Position numbers and translations under genes: made by a program. Below the pieces are notes generated by a model. That model saw nothing but the letters and a program-made list of their open reading frames with translations, did no database searches and was not told the DNA's origin. Below are positions 53,344 to 64,000 of a stretch of 64,000 nt of DNA, one piece after another; the first letter of the stretch is position 1, and each line of letters opens with the position of its first letter. The DNA lies in assembly GCA_951406725.2 (NCBI GenBank), contig OX597820.1, forward strand, positions 107,012,001-107,076,000. The letters run 5' to 3'. The DNA comes from Octopus vulgaris (lineage: Eukaryota).

Positions 53344-54774
53344 CATTTAATTCATGCTGCAGCTTCTCAATTTGAGCTCGTAATCCATTTGCCTCACGTT
53401 CACCCTGTTCAATTTCTTCTGCTTTCTCCATTTGCATTCGTTCAAAACTTTCCCGAAACAACATGTTTTGTTCTTCCATCTGTTGGTGATTATAACTAAG
53501 ATGGTCTTGAGAAAGTAAAGAATAGTTGGAAGGAAAGTCTTCTCGGTTGCTGTTGCCATCATGCTTTGTAATGACATCACTATACTTTTGGAAAAGATCT
53601 GCGTAATCTTTAAGGGCTTTATCACGCTCATTTAAAGCCACCACAGCCTGATTTTGCAGCTTTTTTACATCACTTTCAAGGTTTTTATTTTCTCCTTCAA
53701 CAACTTCAATTCGTTTGGTCGCTTCTGTAACTTTGTCTTGCAGCTGCTCTATCTCTTTGTGTACCATATCACGTTCTGACATAATCAACGAATACTCCCG
53801 CAGTGCAGCATCTCGTTCACGAGATACATTTTCCAGATCTTTTTTTGTTTGCAGATGTATGACTATTGTCTGTTGAGAGTCTTTAATCTGTTTTTCACGT
53901 TGCAGATTTAAGACATCTAATGTATCTTTAAGTTCACTGATTTCATGTATGGAAGCATCCCAATTCCTGATTGCCGTGGTGCATTGTTGCTGCAAGCTGT
54001 TTCTTTCACTCACAGCATTGTCTCGCTCTAAACAAAGATCTTCATAGCTTTTTTGTGTATGCCCTATTTCTTCACGAATATTTTTCAGTTCACTAAGTGT
54101 TGTTGTGTGTTTAGTAACTAAATCTGTATAATGTTGATGAAGTATTTCATACTGTTTATATAATCCATCATAAGTATGAGAAGGATTATCACACATTTTC
54201 CCAGCCACCTCATTCATACCAACTTCTAGAGTTGGTTCCTGATGTTGTTTTCGCAATTCTAAGGCTTCTTGCTTTTCACTGACTTCTTGCTCAAGTCGTT
54301 TCATGCGTGCATTAAAATCCAAGTTCTGACTACTAAAATTATCGTTATTTTCAGCAGACTGCGGCACCAAATTTAAGAAACAGACATACTTCTTGCGATA
54401 GGTCTCTGAATCTTTTCCAGCTTCAGCCTGTTGTCTTTTTAATGAGAGCAACTCATTTTTAGCCCGTTCATATTGTGCTTTGAGTAAATCATAATCACCA
54501 ACCCTTTCAGAAGGACAAACCTCCCCATTTAGACTTGACCTATAGTCCTTGTTGCTTTGAGGTTGACTAACCTTGGGCATGAAATGAAAGTCAGCAAGTT
54601 TTGGTTTAATTGCATGTGAATCACTGTTATTCCCATTGTGACCTGAGGGGACAGTAGTAGTATTTTTTTCAGAGCCACATGCTTGGTTGTGGTTTAACTG
54701 TGATTCGTATTCATAAGATGGAATGAACTTGGTGTATGTTTTGGAATTAGAAGAGGTTGTAGAAGTAGTGGTAT
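53344..54774 (-). CDS. DLG5: DLG5 large coiled-coil exon
   Basis: 419-aa ORF 53321-54580 extends in frame to acceptor tttgcattcacag; ERDAALREYSLIMSERDMVHKEIEQLQ motif; donor G|gtaagt. Confidence 0.93.
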
Positions 54775-56310
54775 CTGTGAATGCAAAAATAAATAATAAA
54801 GTGGGACACTTAAATTAGGAAAAATAAAAACATTTAAAGAGAAAAAATTTCAGATAAACCCTTATTGGATTCTCTGAAACCGTTGTTATAATTAATGAGT
54901 TAATAGCAAGTAAAACTGGCTGGCGAAGTGTGTGTGTGTGGGGGGGGTTTCCCTTGGGATAATGACTAAATCTGAAAAACACAAGCATGAGGCATAAATG
55001 AAGTAAAATTCCAGCAAGGACTTGAACCTGTATTGCAGACTTATCAAACGAATCACCACTACACCAATCGCTGTATGCTATGTAATATCATTCATAGATT
55101 ATTTCAAGTGTACTACATTTGATTTGAATACAAAGTGCCTGATATGAATAGAAACTAATGTTCTTTCAAGTCTTCAACAATTCTAATTTGAATTCAGTGC
55201 TCAAAGGGCACAAGGTTTAAACCAGCTTGACTGAATAGAAGACACTGAAAAAATAAAAACAGCTGAAACCTATGACGCAGATATTAGGTAAGTATTTCAA
55301 GGTTAACATTAACAACGATGGCTTTCTGAAATATATTTTTAGTCTTTTTAGTTCAAATGTTTGAATTAAAAAAAAAAAAGTCAACTGGCTGTGAGTCAGT
55401 GAACTACGACAGAGTGAGGAATGATTAAGTCAACTACATGGGATGTCATGTCTCAGAAGTTTCATTTAAATACACAATGCTAATGCATGATGTCATAGAT
55501 GTGTTTGCTATGAGTAGATAATATTTCTCAAAGCAGTTACAAATGTAAAAAGGATAGCAGAGCTATGAACAACAACAATTTAAATATTAATAATTTGAAT
55601 AAGCACAAGGTCAATTTTTGAAAGAAGGTATGTCAAGTCAACTGAATCAATTTCAGTTTGTTACAAGTATTTTTTTTAATAACATTTAGAAGGGAGGAGA
55701 TATTTTACAAAGCAGTTATATACATAAAAGATTAGCAGAGCTACAAACATCATTATCAATATTTAACATCTACTTTCCCATGCTTATATGGGTCTGATGG
55801 AATTTGTTGAGGTAGATTTTCTACAACTGGATGCCTTTCTCCATATATATTTCTCCATGACCAGACATAGTTTCATGGAAGACTGGAAATGAATAACAGT
55901 ATTCTACTGGTATTTCTTTTAACAACATCTATAAGGGTTGATGCTCATAAAGACATCCTAACAGAAAAGAAAAACATTGAGCAAAACACACTAAAAGTCT
56001 GGTCACCTACTGTTTGTACTGAATCACCTTCCCTCATTATTTTGCTACTAATAATGACTTCTACCACCAGAAAAACTCCTATTCAACAATGAAAAGACAT
56101 CTACCTTTTAAGGAATGGGTGTGTCTCTTGAAAACACATTAATTGCAGCCTATTTAGAAGAGACTAATCTGAAATATCCATTCAGTGAATTCATTTTCTG
56201 ACAATGCTTAATTAATGCTTAGAAGGTCATTAGAAAGCTAAAACCAAATTCCACCATAACTGAAGATGCAGGTTTTGTTAAGATTGTTTTACAATATGTA
56301 ATGTATGTAC

Positions 56311-56357
56311 CTCTACATGGAACCTCATTTTTAGGTCTAGCTTCATCTCTGTATGCT
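56311..56357 (-). CDS. Candidate 47-nt upstream DLG5 exon (AYRDEARPKNEVPCR)
   Basis: Strong acceptor cttttcctattgtttttag, donor GAG|gtacat, open frame ending in phase 1 as the 54774 exon requires. No homology recognised. Confidence 0.35.
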
Positions 56358-57059
56358 CTAAAAACAATAGGAAAAGGTAGTTTCTATTAAGGGTGGGTTC
56401 CAGTTGTAAAAAAAAACTCCATATGAAACTTAACTCTTTTCATACAGACCTACTTGATATTATCAGTATTAATCTTTTTGATACCAATCTGCCTGAGACT
56501 GCCTGCTTTCCTTTAAACAGGAAGTTTGGATACAAGTTTCCTGTTTAAAGTGATCTAAATTTAAACTTTCCATTAAAATTTCATATTAATCTATGTTTTA
56601 AACATCATTTAAATAATGGCAAATTATTTTAAGAGAGTCTTCATTATTTTCAGTATTAACTGAAAGGCAATGTATTTTAACAGAAATATGGTAACAAAAG
56701 GGTTAAATTGGTCAGATTTTACTTTTACATTTTTACTATATTTTACTGAAATACACTGCCTTTCTTTTGATTAATTTTGAAGGTCATGACAAACTCAGTA
56801 AAATTACTCTTATTATTAAGCTGGAATTTGAAACATAAATTGAAATTTTGATGGAAGGTTTTAATTTAAATCACTTAAAAACTTTCTATCATAGTTCCAG
56901 GGAAGTCTCAAGCAGATTGCAAAAGGGTTAAAATAAAATTTCATTCAAATTCTCATCGCATCATGAATGATATTCTGGTATTTCAGTTGGGGAACACCAA
57001 CATAAAATACAAATACAATGTTACAGAGATTTTATCGAACTCTTCCAAAATTTTGATTA

Positions 57060-57425
57060 AAGATTGAGGGCAGTTTTGGAAGAGGGAGATCCAAGAAGAC
57101 ATGGGATGAAGTACTGAAGGCTGATCTCAAAATGTTGAACCTTACGAAGGAGGTGACAGAGGACTGAGATACGTGACGCATTGCTGGATAAGGCCCACCC
57201 ACCACAACAGAACCGAGATCCTAAAACCAAGATGCCACGTAAAAGTAGTGATGATAGTGCCACATAAAAAGCACCTGTGGAGTTGGTGTTAGGAAGGGCA
57301 TCCAGCTATAGAAACCAAGCCAAAACAGACTATGGAACCCAGTATGGCCTCGCCGGTTCCTGTCAAGCCGTTCAACCTAAGCTAATATGGAGAATGGGCA
57401 TTAAATGATGATGATGATGATGATA
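57060..57425 (+). mobile_element. RTE LINE 3' fragment with (GAT)n tail
   Basis: GRGRSKKTWDEVLKADLKMLNL peptide and the shared tail. Confidence 0.8.
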
Positions 57426-57794
57426 GTCTACTCATTAGAAATATAGCCATAAAAGGGTTCTAAACTAAACTTTGCATTAATGATAAAGTAAATTATCATA
57501 CTTATTTCAGTCGACCATAAACTAAGTACCACATCTATATTAACCCTTTTGATATCAACCTGCCTGCAACCACACATGGTCCTATGAAACAAACTTCCTG
57601 TTTCAAAGTGAACCAAGTTAAAATCTTCCGTCAAAATTTCAAACACAAAATTAATAAGGACAAAGTTATTTTATTAAATTCATTATTATTTTTAAAATTA
57701 ATTGAAACAAAGACAGTGTATTTCAACAGAAATATAGTAGTGAAAGGATTAAGATGAAATAGACAGCCTCATGAAAAACAGCTAATTCAGCAAT

Positions 57795-60198
57795 ATCATT
57801 ATCACCATTATTTAATGTCTAACATTCATGCATGCATGGGTAGGACGGTTGACAGGAGCTGGCCAGGTAGAAAATCTACCCAAGGCTACTGTGTCTATTT
57901 TGGCAGGGATTTTACAGCTGGATGCCTTTCCTAACATCAACCACTCTGGAGAGTGGACTCAGTGCTTTTTACATGACACTAGCACAGGTGAAGTTACTTT
58001 TGGCAAAATTTTTACAGTTGGAATCCCTTCCAGATACCCAACCATGTTACAGTGTGGACTGGATGCTTTTAACATGGCACCAGCACTGGCATGTAACCAA
58101 GTAACCCACAAGACAAGAAATTATGAGAGGGGCAAGGAATAAGTTAGAGAATGAAAGTTAAAGTGTGACAGAGAGACAGAAGCAGGTGTCTTGCCACAAC
58201 AGCGGGGATATTAGAGAAGGTGATCCCATATCAAATGATGAAAGGTTAGAGTGTAACAGAGAAATAGAAAGGCAGAAATAGGTGTCTTGCTATAGAGAGG
58301 TACGTGGTTACCCAGTGAGAGAGAGAGAGAGGTATAGAAAGAGATTAATACTTGCTTACCTAGTCAGAGGAAAAACAAGAAGAGAGAGAGAGAGTGACCA
58401 AAGAGAGAGAAAGTAGGAAACAACAAATGTGTGAGAGCAGAAGAGAGATGGTGTAGTGCTTGGATATACTCACAAGTAACAAGAATATGAATGAAGAACC
58501 TGGTTAGAAAAATAGGAAGTGGGTGTGGATGGTGGGAAGAGTGGGGAGCAGTGACACAGTGAGCAGAGAAGTGAGGGTAAGAAAGAGGATTAGAAAACAA
58601 TCATAATGTATGAGGAAGAAATGTGAGGAAGAGAAAAATGCAATTAGAAGAGGAGTTGTAGTTTGATTTCTTAGGGTAGAGTAGGTGAAAAGTGTGTTGC
58701 GACATGTGGGTGAGATACAACTCTTCTAGCACTCAGTTTCATGGACAGGTCTTCTCTAGAACCTGATATTACCAAACATCTTGGTCTATTGTCATTTCCT
58801 CCATGAGTCCCAACATCCTAAGATCAGTCCTCACTACTTCATCCTCTGTCTTCCTGGGTCTCCCTCTTCCACAGGTACCATCCACTTTCAGTGACAGGCA
58901 CTTCTGTATACAGCTGTCTTCACTCATATACATCACATGTCCAAACCAATGCAGTCTTCTCTTCTGCAGACCACATTTAATCCCTCTTAAGCCTAACTTT
59001 TCTCTCAACACAGTTGTGCTTTGTTGGTCATGCACACTGATGTGGAAAATTCAATGGAGCATACTAGTCATTCCTCTCCAGCTTACGCATGTTTTCCACA
59101 GTCAGAACCCATGTCTCACTACCATGTAATATAGCTGTTCTCACACAAGCATCATACAACCTACCTTTTACTTTGAGAGAGAGTTCTTTTGCTGCCAACA
59201 GAGGTAGTAGTTCTCTGAACTTCCTCTACCCTGTTCTTATTCTAGAAACAATGTTTTCAGAGCATCCATCACCATTGCTAATTTGGTCACCTAAATAGCA
59301 GAAACTATCGACTACCTCAAGAGAGCCTCCTGAGCATTTGAGAGAGTTTAAGTCTCTCGTGCTCTTAGTACTTACTGTTCCTGCACATCTGCCACACACA
59401 AAAGCAACCTTATTTGATAATCTTCCCACGATTCCACTGCATCTCTTATGTGTCCATAGGTTATACTTGGTGCAGTGAATTGAATTACATCCCACTACTT
59501 TCCTACATATTGAACAGGGCCAGCCAGAATGAGAGTCTTATCTCCTTTATTGCTAACAACAACTTTAGTCTTAGCTAAATTAACTTTAAGGCCCTTTGAT
59601 TCCAGGTTTTGCTTCCAAACCCAGAACTTCTCCAATTCTGCTTCAGATTTTGCAATAAAAGCAAGATCATCCATATATAATAGTTTCCATGGGCATCCAG
59701 TTTTGAATTCATCTGTTATGGCCTTGAGAACTATGAGAGATAAGAGTGGACTAAGAACTGATCCCTGGTGTACTCCAACTTTTACGCTAAATTTGTCACT
59801 GTATTCAAGGTCAACTCTCAGTTTACTGAGAGCATCGCTGTACATGGCATGAACCGCTATAACAAGCCATTCCTCTACTCCTAGCTTCCTTAGAGACTAC
59901 CAAATAAGAGAGCAGAGAACCCTGTTGAAAGCTTTCTCCAGGTCAATGAAGGCTAAATAACAATGGCTTACTTTTGGCCAAATACTTTTCTTGCAACTGT
60001 CTCTCTATAAAGCCAAACTGCATCTCATCTAGTTTAATTCTATCCCTAATTAGTTGAGGCATAACTCTCTGTAATTTCCATGACCTGATTGAGCATTTTG
60101 ATACCTCTGTAATTGTTTCTGCCTAAGGCATCACCTTACAGCTGACCATAAGACTCTGCTGCACCAGTCTTTGGGGATGACGCCTTCCTGAATAACTC
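57795..60198 (-). mobile_element. RTE-clade LINE, 5'-truncated RT region plus long 3' UTR
   Basis: ORFs 59495-59845 (VGVHQGSVLSPLL, LLYMDDL), 59226-59495 and 58769-59035 (RLHWFGHV, GRGRPRKT); same family as 37280-39555. Confidence 0.88.
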
Positions 60199-60313
60199 AA
60201 GCAATTCAAGTAAACACTAAGAACATAAGATGCTGACCTGGGGTTAAACAACAGTCAACACACTGAAGAAACATTATTTGGAAATGTGAAAAATTTTATA
60301 GATTGTAGGGTGT

Positions 60314-60520
60314 TTAACCCTTTAGCATTCAGGTTACTTTGTCAAATGTAATATTTTTTCCTATAACTTTGAATTAATCATGTGGCTTTGAAGTTTCAAT
60401 GATGTGATATATTTTTGGAATGACATTGTAGGGTAGACGTGAGAAGTCAGACCTAGTCAGTTTGAACATAAAACAGAATATATGGGTTGAATGCGGCCAG
60501 TTTAAATGCTAAAGGGTTAA
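60314..60520 (+). mobile_element. TTAA-flanked MITE family B (copies near 50165-50360 and 62367-62576)
   Basis: TIRs ttaaccctttagcatt / aatgctaaagggttaa. Confidence 0.78.
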
Positions 60521-61039
60521 ACTAGAATATTTACTGATAAATTGGTCATATGCACAAGATTTTTTCAAACAGAATAAAGTTTGTAGTTTCAAAAATAGCA
60601 GATGAAATACACATTGCTCAAAACAATGAAAAATGTTAATGATATATTCTAGATTCTATAACCAGTAGCACTTTTACATCTATTGTTCCAAGCTTGAAAC
60701 GGTTTGATGGATTTACAGTAAATACAGCAACTAGCTCCATATTTCAAGATTACAATACTGATTTCTGGGCAATTCTATGTTCTCAGATGTGTCATCACTA
60801 TTTCTTCTAAGATTTTGTTTGTTCCGTGTCATAAGGTTGCATTCATAAAGTTTTTGTTTTTTTTAAACAATCACTGACTGATTGATTTTAAGGTGATACA
60901 AAAGTTAGCTACGACTATCTAGTTTTACTAACTGAAAAAATAAGAACCATTCCCATTTTAAAGTGGGTTAGTTTGAGCTGGCACAATTATAAGAGCATAG
61001 AAATAAATGATTTGTAATATTTCTTCCAACTATGGCAAC

Positions 61040-61420
61040 ATGCTAGCAGAATTGTAAGCAGATCAGGTCAAATGCCTAGCAGCATTTCATCTGTCTTTAC
61101 ATTCTGAGTTCATATTATGCTGAGGTCAACTTTGCCTTTCACTCTTTCAGGGTCAATAAATTAAATGCTAGTTGAGCACTGGGGATGATGTAATTACACC
61201 CCACCCCCACCCCAAATTGCTGCATTGTGCCAAAATTTGAAACCAATATTTCTTCTGACTCTTTACATTCTGAATTCAAATCCTAGTGCAGTCAACTTTA
61301 ACTTTCACTTCCTGGATTTCTATAAAATAAAGTATCAATCAAATACTGGAGTTGATTTAACTGATTTAACTTTTTCCACTCAAAATTGCTAGTTTTTCCT
61401 GGTCTTGTACTGAAATCAGA
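61040..61420 (+). mobile_element. Two tandem diverged SINE copies with a gaggtcaactttgcctttca...ggtcaataaattaa central domain
   Basis: Repeated unit tctttacattctgagttc...gtcaacttt; resembles Meta/MESC-type conserved SINE domains (inference); another fragment at 26203-26237 on the minus strand. Confidence 0.55.
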
Positions 61421-61569
61421 AACAATATTAAAAATATATTGTGCTTAAAAAAGAAAAAAAAGAAGAAGAGTCTTATGACTTTCAGAAACTCTTCATGTCC
61501 AGAAAAACCAAAGCATGGAAGAAACTATATGGAGCAGTTGTTAGCTATCAGGACACTATCCTTAAAAAA

Positions 61570-63392
61570 TTCCATGCTTCTCAAAACTTGCCAATTCTGT
61601 TCCAGATGTGCCAATACCCCTTTTCTTCTTTATGGCTCTTTTACTGTTCACTTTTCCATCGTGTTTTATTCAGTGTACTATGCATGCCCTTTTGAAGACT
61701 TTTTAATAGAATGTATCAACTTCATTTTTTAAAGCCTGGTACTTATTCTATTGGTACCTTTTGCCAAATCACTAAGTTACTGGGATGTAAGCACATCAGC
61801 ACCAGTTGGGTGGTGGGGAGGGGGGCAAACACACACACACACAACAGGCTTTTTTCAGTTTCCATCTCAAATCTACTTCACGAGGCTTTGGTCAACTTGG
61901 GGCTATAGTAGAAGACACTTGGCCAAGTTACCACGCAGTGGAACTGGACCTGGAACCAAGTGGTTGGGAAACAAGCATCTTATCACACAGCCATACTGGC
62001 ACCTAGAAGAACCTGAGTGGATAAGGTATTGACTGTGTTGTAGTTTGATTCAATGGAAATTTTTCAATAAGATTTGGACAGAGTTGAAATTCAACAGCTT
62101 AAAAATTAAGCTGAAGTTTCTTTCCATTTTTAATTTGAGAATGATAATTAGAGTAGCAGGAATTGTATTTATTGAGTTCAGTGATAAGCTGCTATGATGA
62201 CAAACAACATCCAAAATGCTACATGTATTTATTATTACTATCATTACCATTCTAAAATAGGTAATTAAAGTAAATTATAAATCAGATTCTAATTGCATAG
62301 CGAACTATTTGTATGACTTTATGTTGAAAATCATTAATGTCCTTGGATTGTATTCATTTACCATGTTTAACTCTCTAGCAATCAAATTACTGTCAAACGT
62401 AAAACTTATTTATTCACATTGTTTTGAATTAACCATGTATCATCTTATGGTTTCAAGGTTTATATTTAGAATGATATTGAAGGTTATGTATGAGGGGCCA
62501 ACTCTGGCCATTTTAAACATAAAACAGGTAGAATATTTGGGTTGGATATGGCTTGTTTAAATGCTAAAAAGTTAAACTTTCTGGTAGGAGTGAATAGCTG
62601 GATGTGTCCAGCTTGAATATAAAATGGGTAGAATACTTGGGTGGGATAGAGCTAGTTTAAATGTTGAAGAGTTAAGATAGCATGTATTCATATTTTCTAA
62701 ACCTTTCAAAAGTATAAGTACATTCGCAAAATATATCTATAGATTTTGAAGTTAACACAATGCTGAGACAGATGAAAACATCTTGGCTGTATATGATATA
62801 TTTGTGGATAGTGAAAGAGAGACCAACTTGACTAATTTCAGTCCCATGCTGGGGTTTTATCAACAAAAGACTTTCACTATTCATGGAGATATCATCATCA
62901 ACACTTTAACACCCACTTTTCCATGCCTGCATGGGTTAGACTGAGTTTATTGAAAAAGATTTTCTACAGCTGGATGCCCTTTCTGTCACCAACCCTCACC
63001 TGTTTCGAAACAAGGCCAACTATTCTTGCAGAATATTGAAAATGAGTGAAACTACTTGTATGACAATCATTTTACAACTATCATGTGATCCAAAGAGACC
63101 CAAACAAACATACATATATAATGGTCTTCTTTCAGTTTCCATCTACCAAATTCACTCACAAGGTTTTGGCTGACCCAGGGCTATAGTAGCAGACACTTGT
63201 TCAAGGTGTCATACAATGGGACTGAACCTGAAACCATGTGGTTGGGACGCAAAACTTCTTATTCCACAGCTGTGCCTGTACCTACTGTTTATAAGACTAC
63301 CATAACCAAGGGTTTAAATAAACTGACCAATTGGCATATATAATGTATCTATGATGTAATTCAATACATCATAAATTAGTGACACATTAATA

Positions 63393-63465
<73 letters not shown>

Positions 63466-63706
63466 AGTGTGGTTGTGCGGTCGAAAAGTATGTTTTACAC
63501 CTAGCTTGGGATTCGGTCACATTACATGGCACATGGAGAAACTGTCTTTTTCTAGAGCTCTAAGCCAATTTAAAAAGTCTTCAAAAGGGCATGCATAGTA
63601 CACTGAATAAAACACGATGGAAAAGTGAACAGTAAAAGAGCCATAAAGAAGAAAAGGGGTATTGGCACATCTGGAACAGAATTGGCAAGTTTTGAGAAGC
63701 ATGGAA
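61570..63706. repeat. Perfect 137-bp inverted repeat (arms 61570-61706 and 63570-63706, spacer 1863 bp)
   Basis: Checked base by base: the second arm is the exact reverse complement of the first; identical peptides appear in ORFs 61439+/63517- and 61441+/63581-. Confidence 0.97.
61725..61995 (-). mobile_element. tRNA-derived SINE, diverged copy
   Basis: Reverse complement of the main SINE family. Confidence 0.75.
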
Positions 63707-63747
63707 CTTTCTATGTGTATTTGGTAGAAGGAAACTGTGTGGAAGTT

Positions 63748-63779
<32 letters not shown>

Positions 63780-63990
63780 ACGCACATGCGTGTGCATGCA
63801 CACATAACTTTGTCTTTCACCACTTGATACACTTGGCATTGATTTTTTTTTATCCCTATCACTTAGTGGTTCAGTAGGAAGAGACCAATAGAACAAGTAC
63901 CAGACTTAAAATAAGTACTGCAGCTGATTTGAATGACTAAGCCCTTCAAGGAGATAGCCCAGCAGGGCAACAGTCCAATGGCTAAAACAC
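63465..63990 (+). mobile_element. Old, highly diverged SINE interrupted by the 137-bp inverted copy
   Basis: Head and core at 63465-63569 resume at 63707 (gtgtatttggtagaaggaaactg) with almost no consensus sequence missing. Confidence 0.75.
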
Positions 63991-64000
63991 AAATACATAC

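Noticed and set aside
61570-63706. A 2.1-kb foldback or Mutator-like transposon defined by 137-bp TIRs
   Set aside because: No TSD, and one SINE runs continuously across the right arm, so the spacer and the right flank were contiguous before that arm arrived.
61439-63862. Duplicated small proteins (ORFs 61439/61441 and 63517/63581)
   Set aside because: The shared peptide only reflects the inverted repeat; the starts are non-ATG or microsatellite-derived and no domain is recognisable.

Overview
AT-rich, repeat-dense metazoan genomic DNA. The SINE, RTE-LINE and microsatellite content suggests an octopus or other coleoid cephalopod (inference). The window is largely the middle of a minus-strand DLG5 (discs large 5, MAGUK scaffold) gene. 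Eleven GT-AG exons from 54774 down to 872 splice into one open frame (4087 nt, about 1360 codons) covering the coiled coil, PDZ1, PDZ2 and the Ser/Pro-rich linker; both ends of the gene lie outside these exons. The introns hold decayed mobile DNA: two full-length Gypsy LTR elements, a piggyBac, a Tigger/pogo, a near-intact Tc1-like element with DD36E spacing, mariner remnants, RTE LINEs, a Penelope-like remnant with a fossil hammerhead ribozyme, three non-autonomous Helitrons, MITEs and many tRNA-derived SINEs. The most anomalous signal is a 100%-identical 137-bp inverted repeat (61570-61706 / 63570-63706, starts exactly 2000 bp apart) whose second copy interrupts an old SINE. All calls were made by eye; no searches were run.
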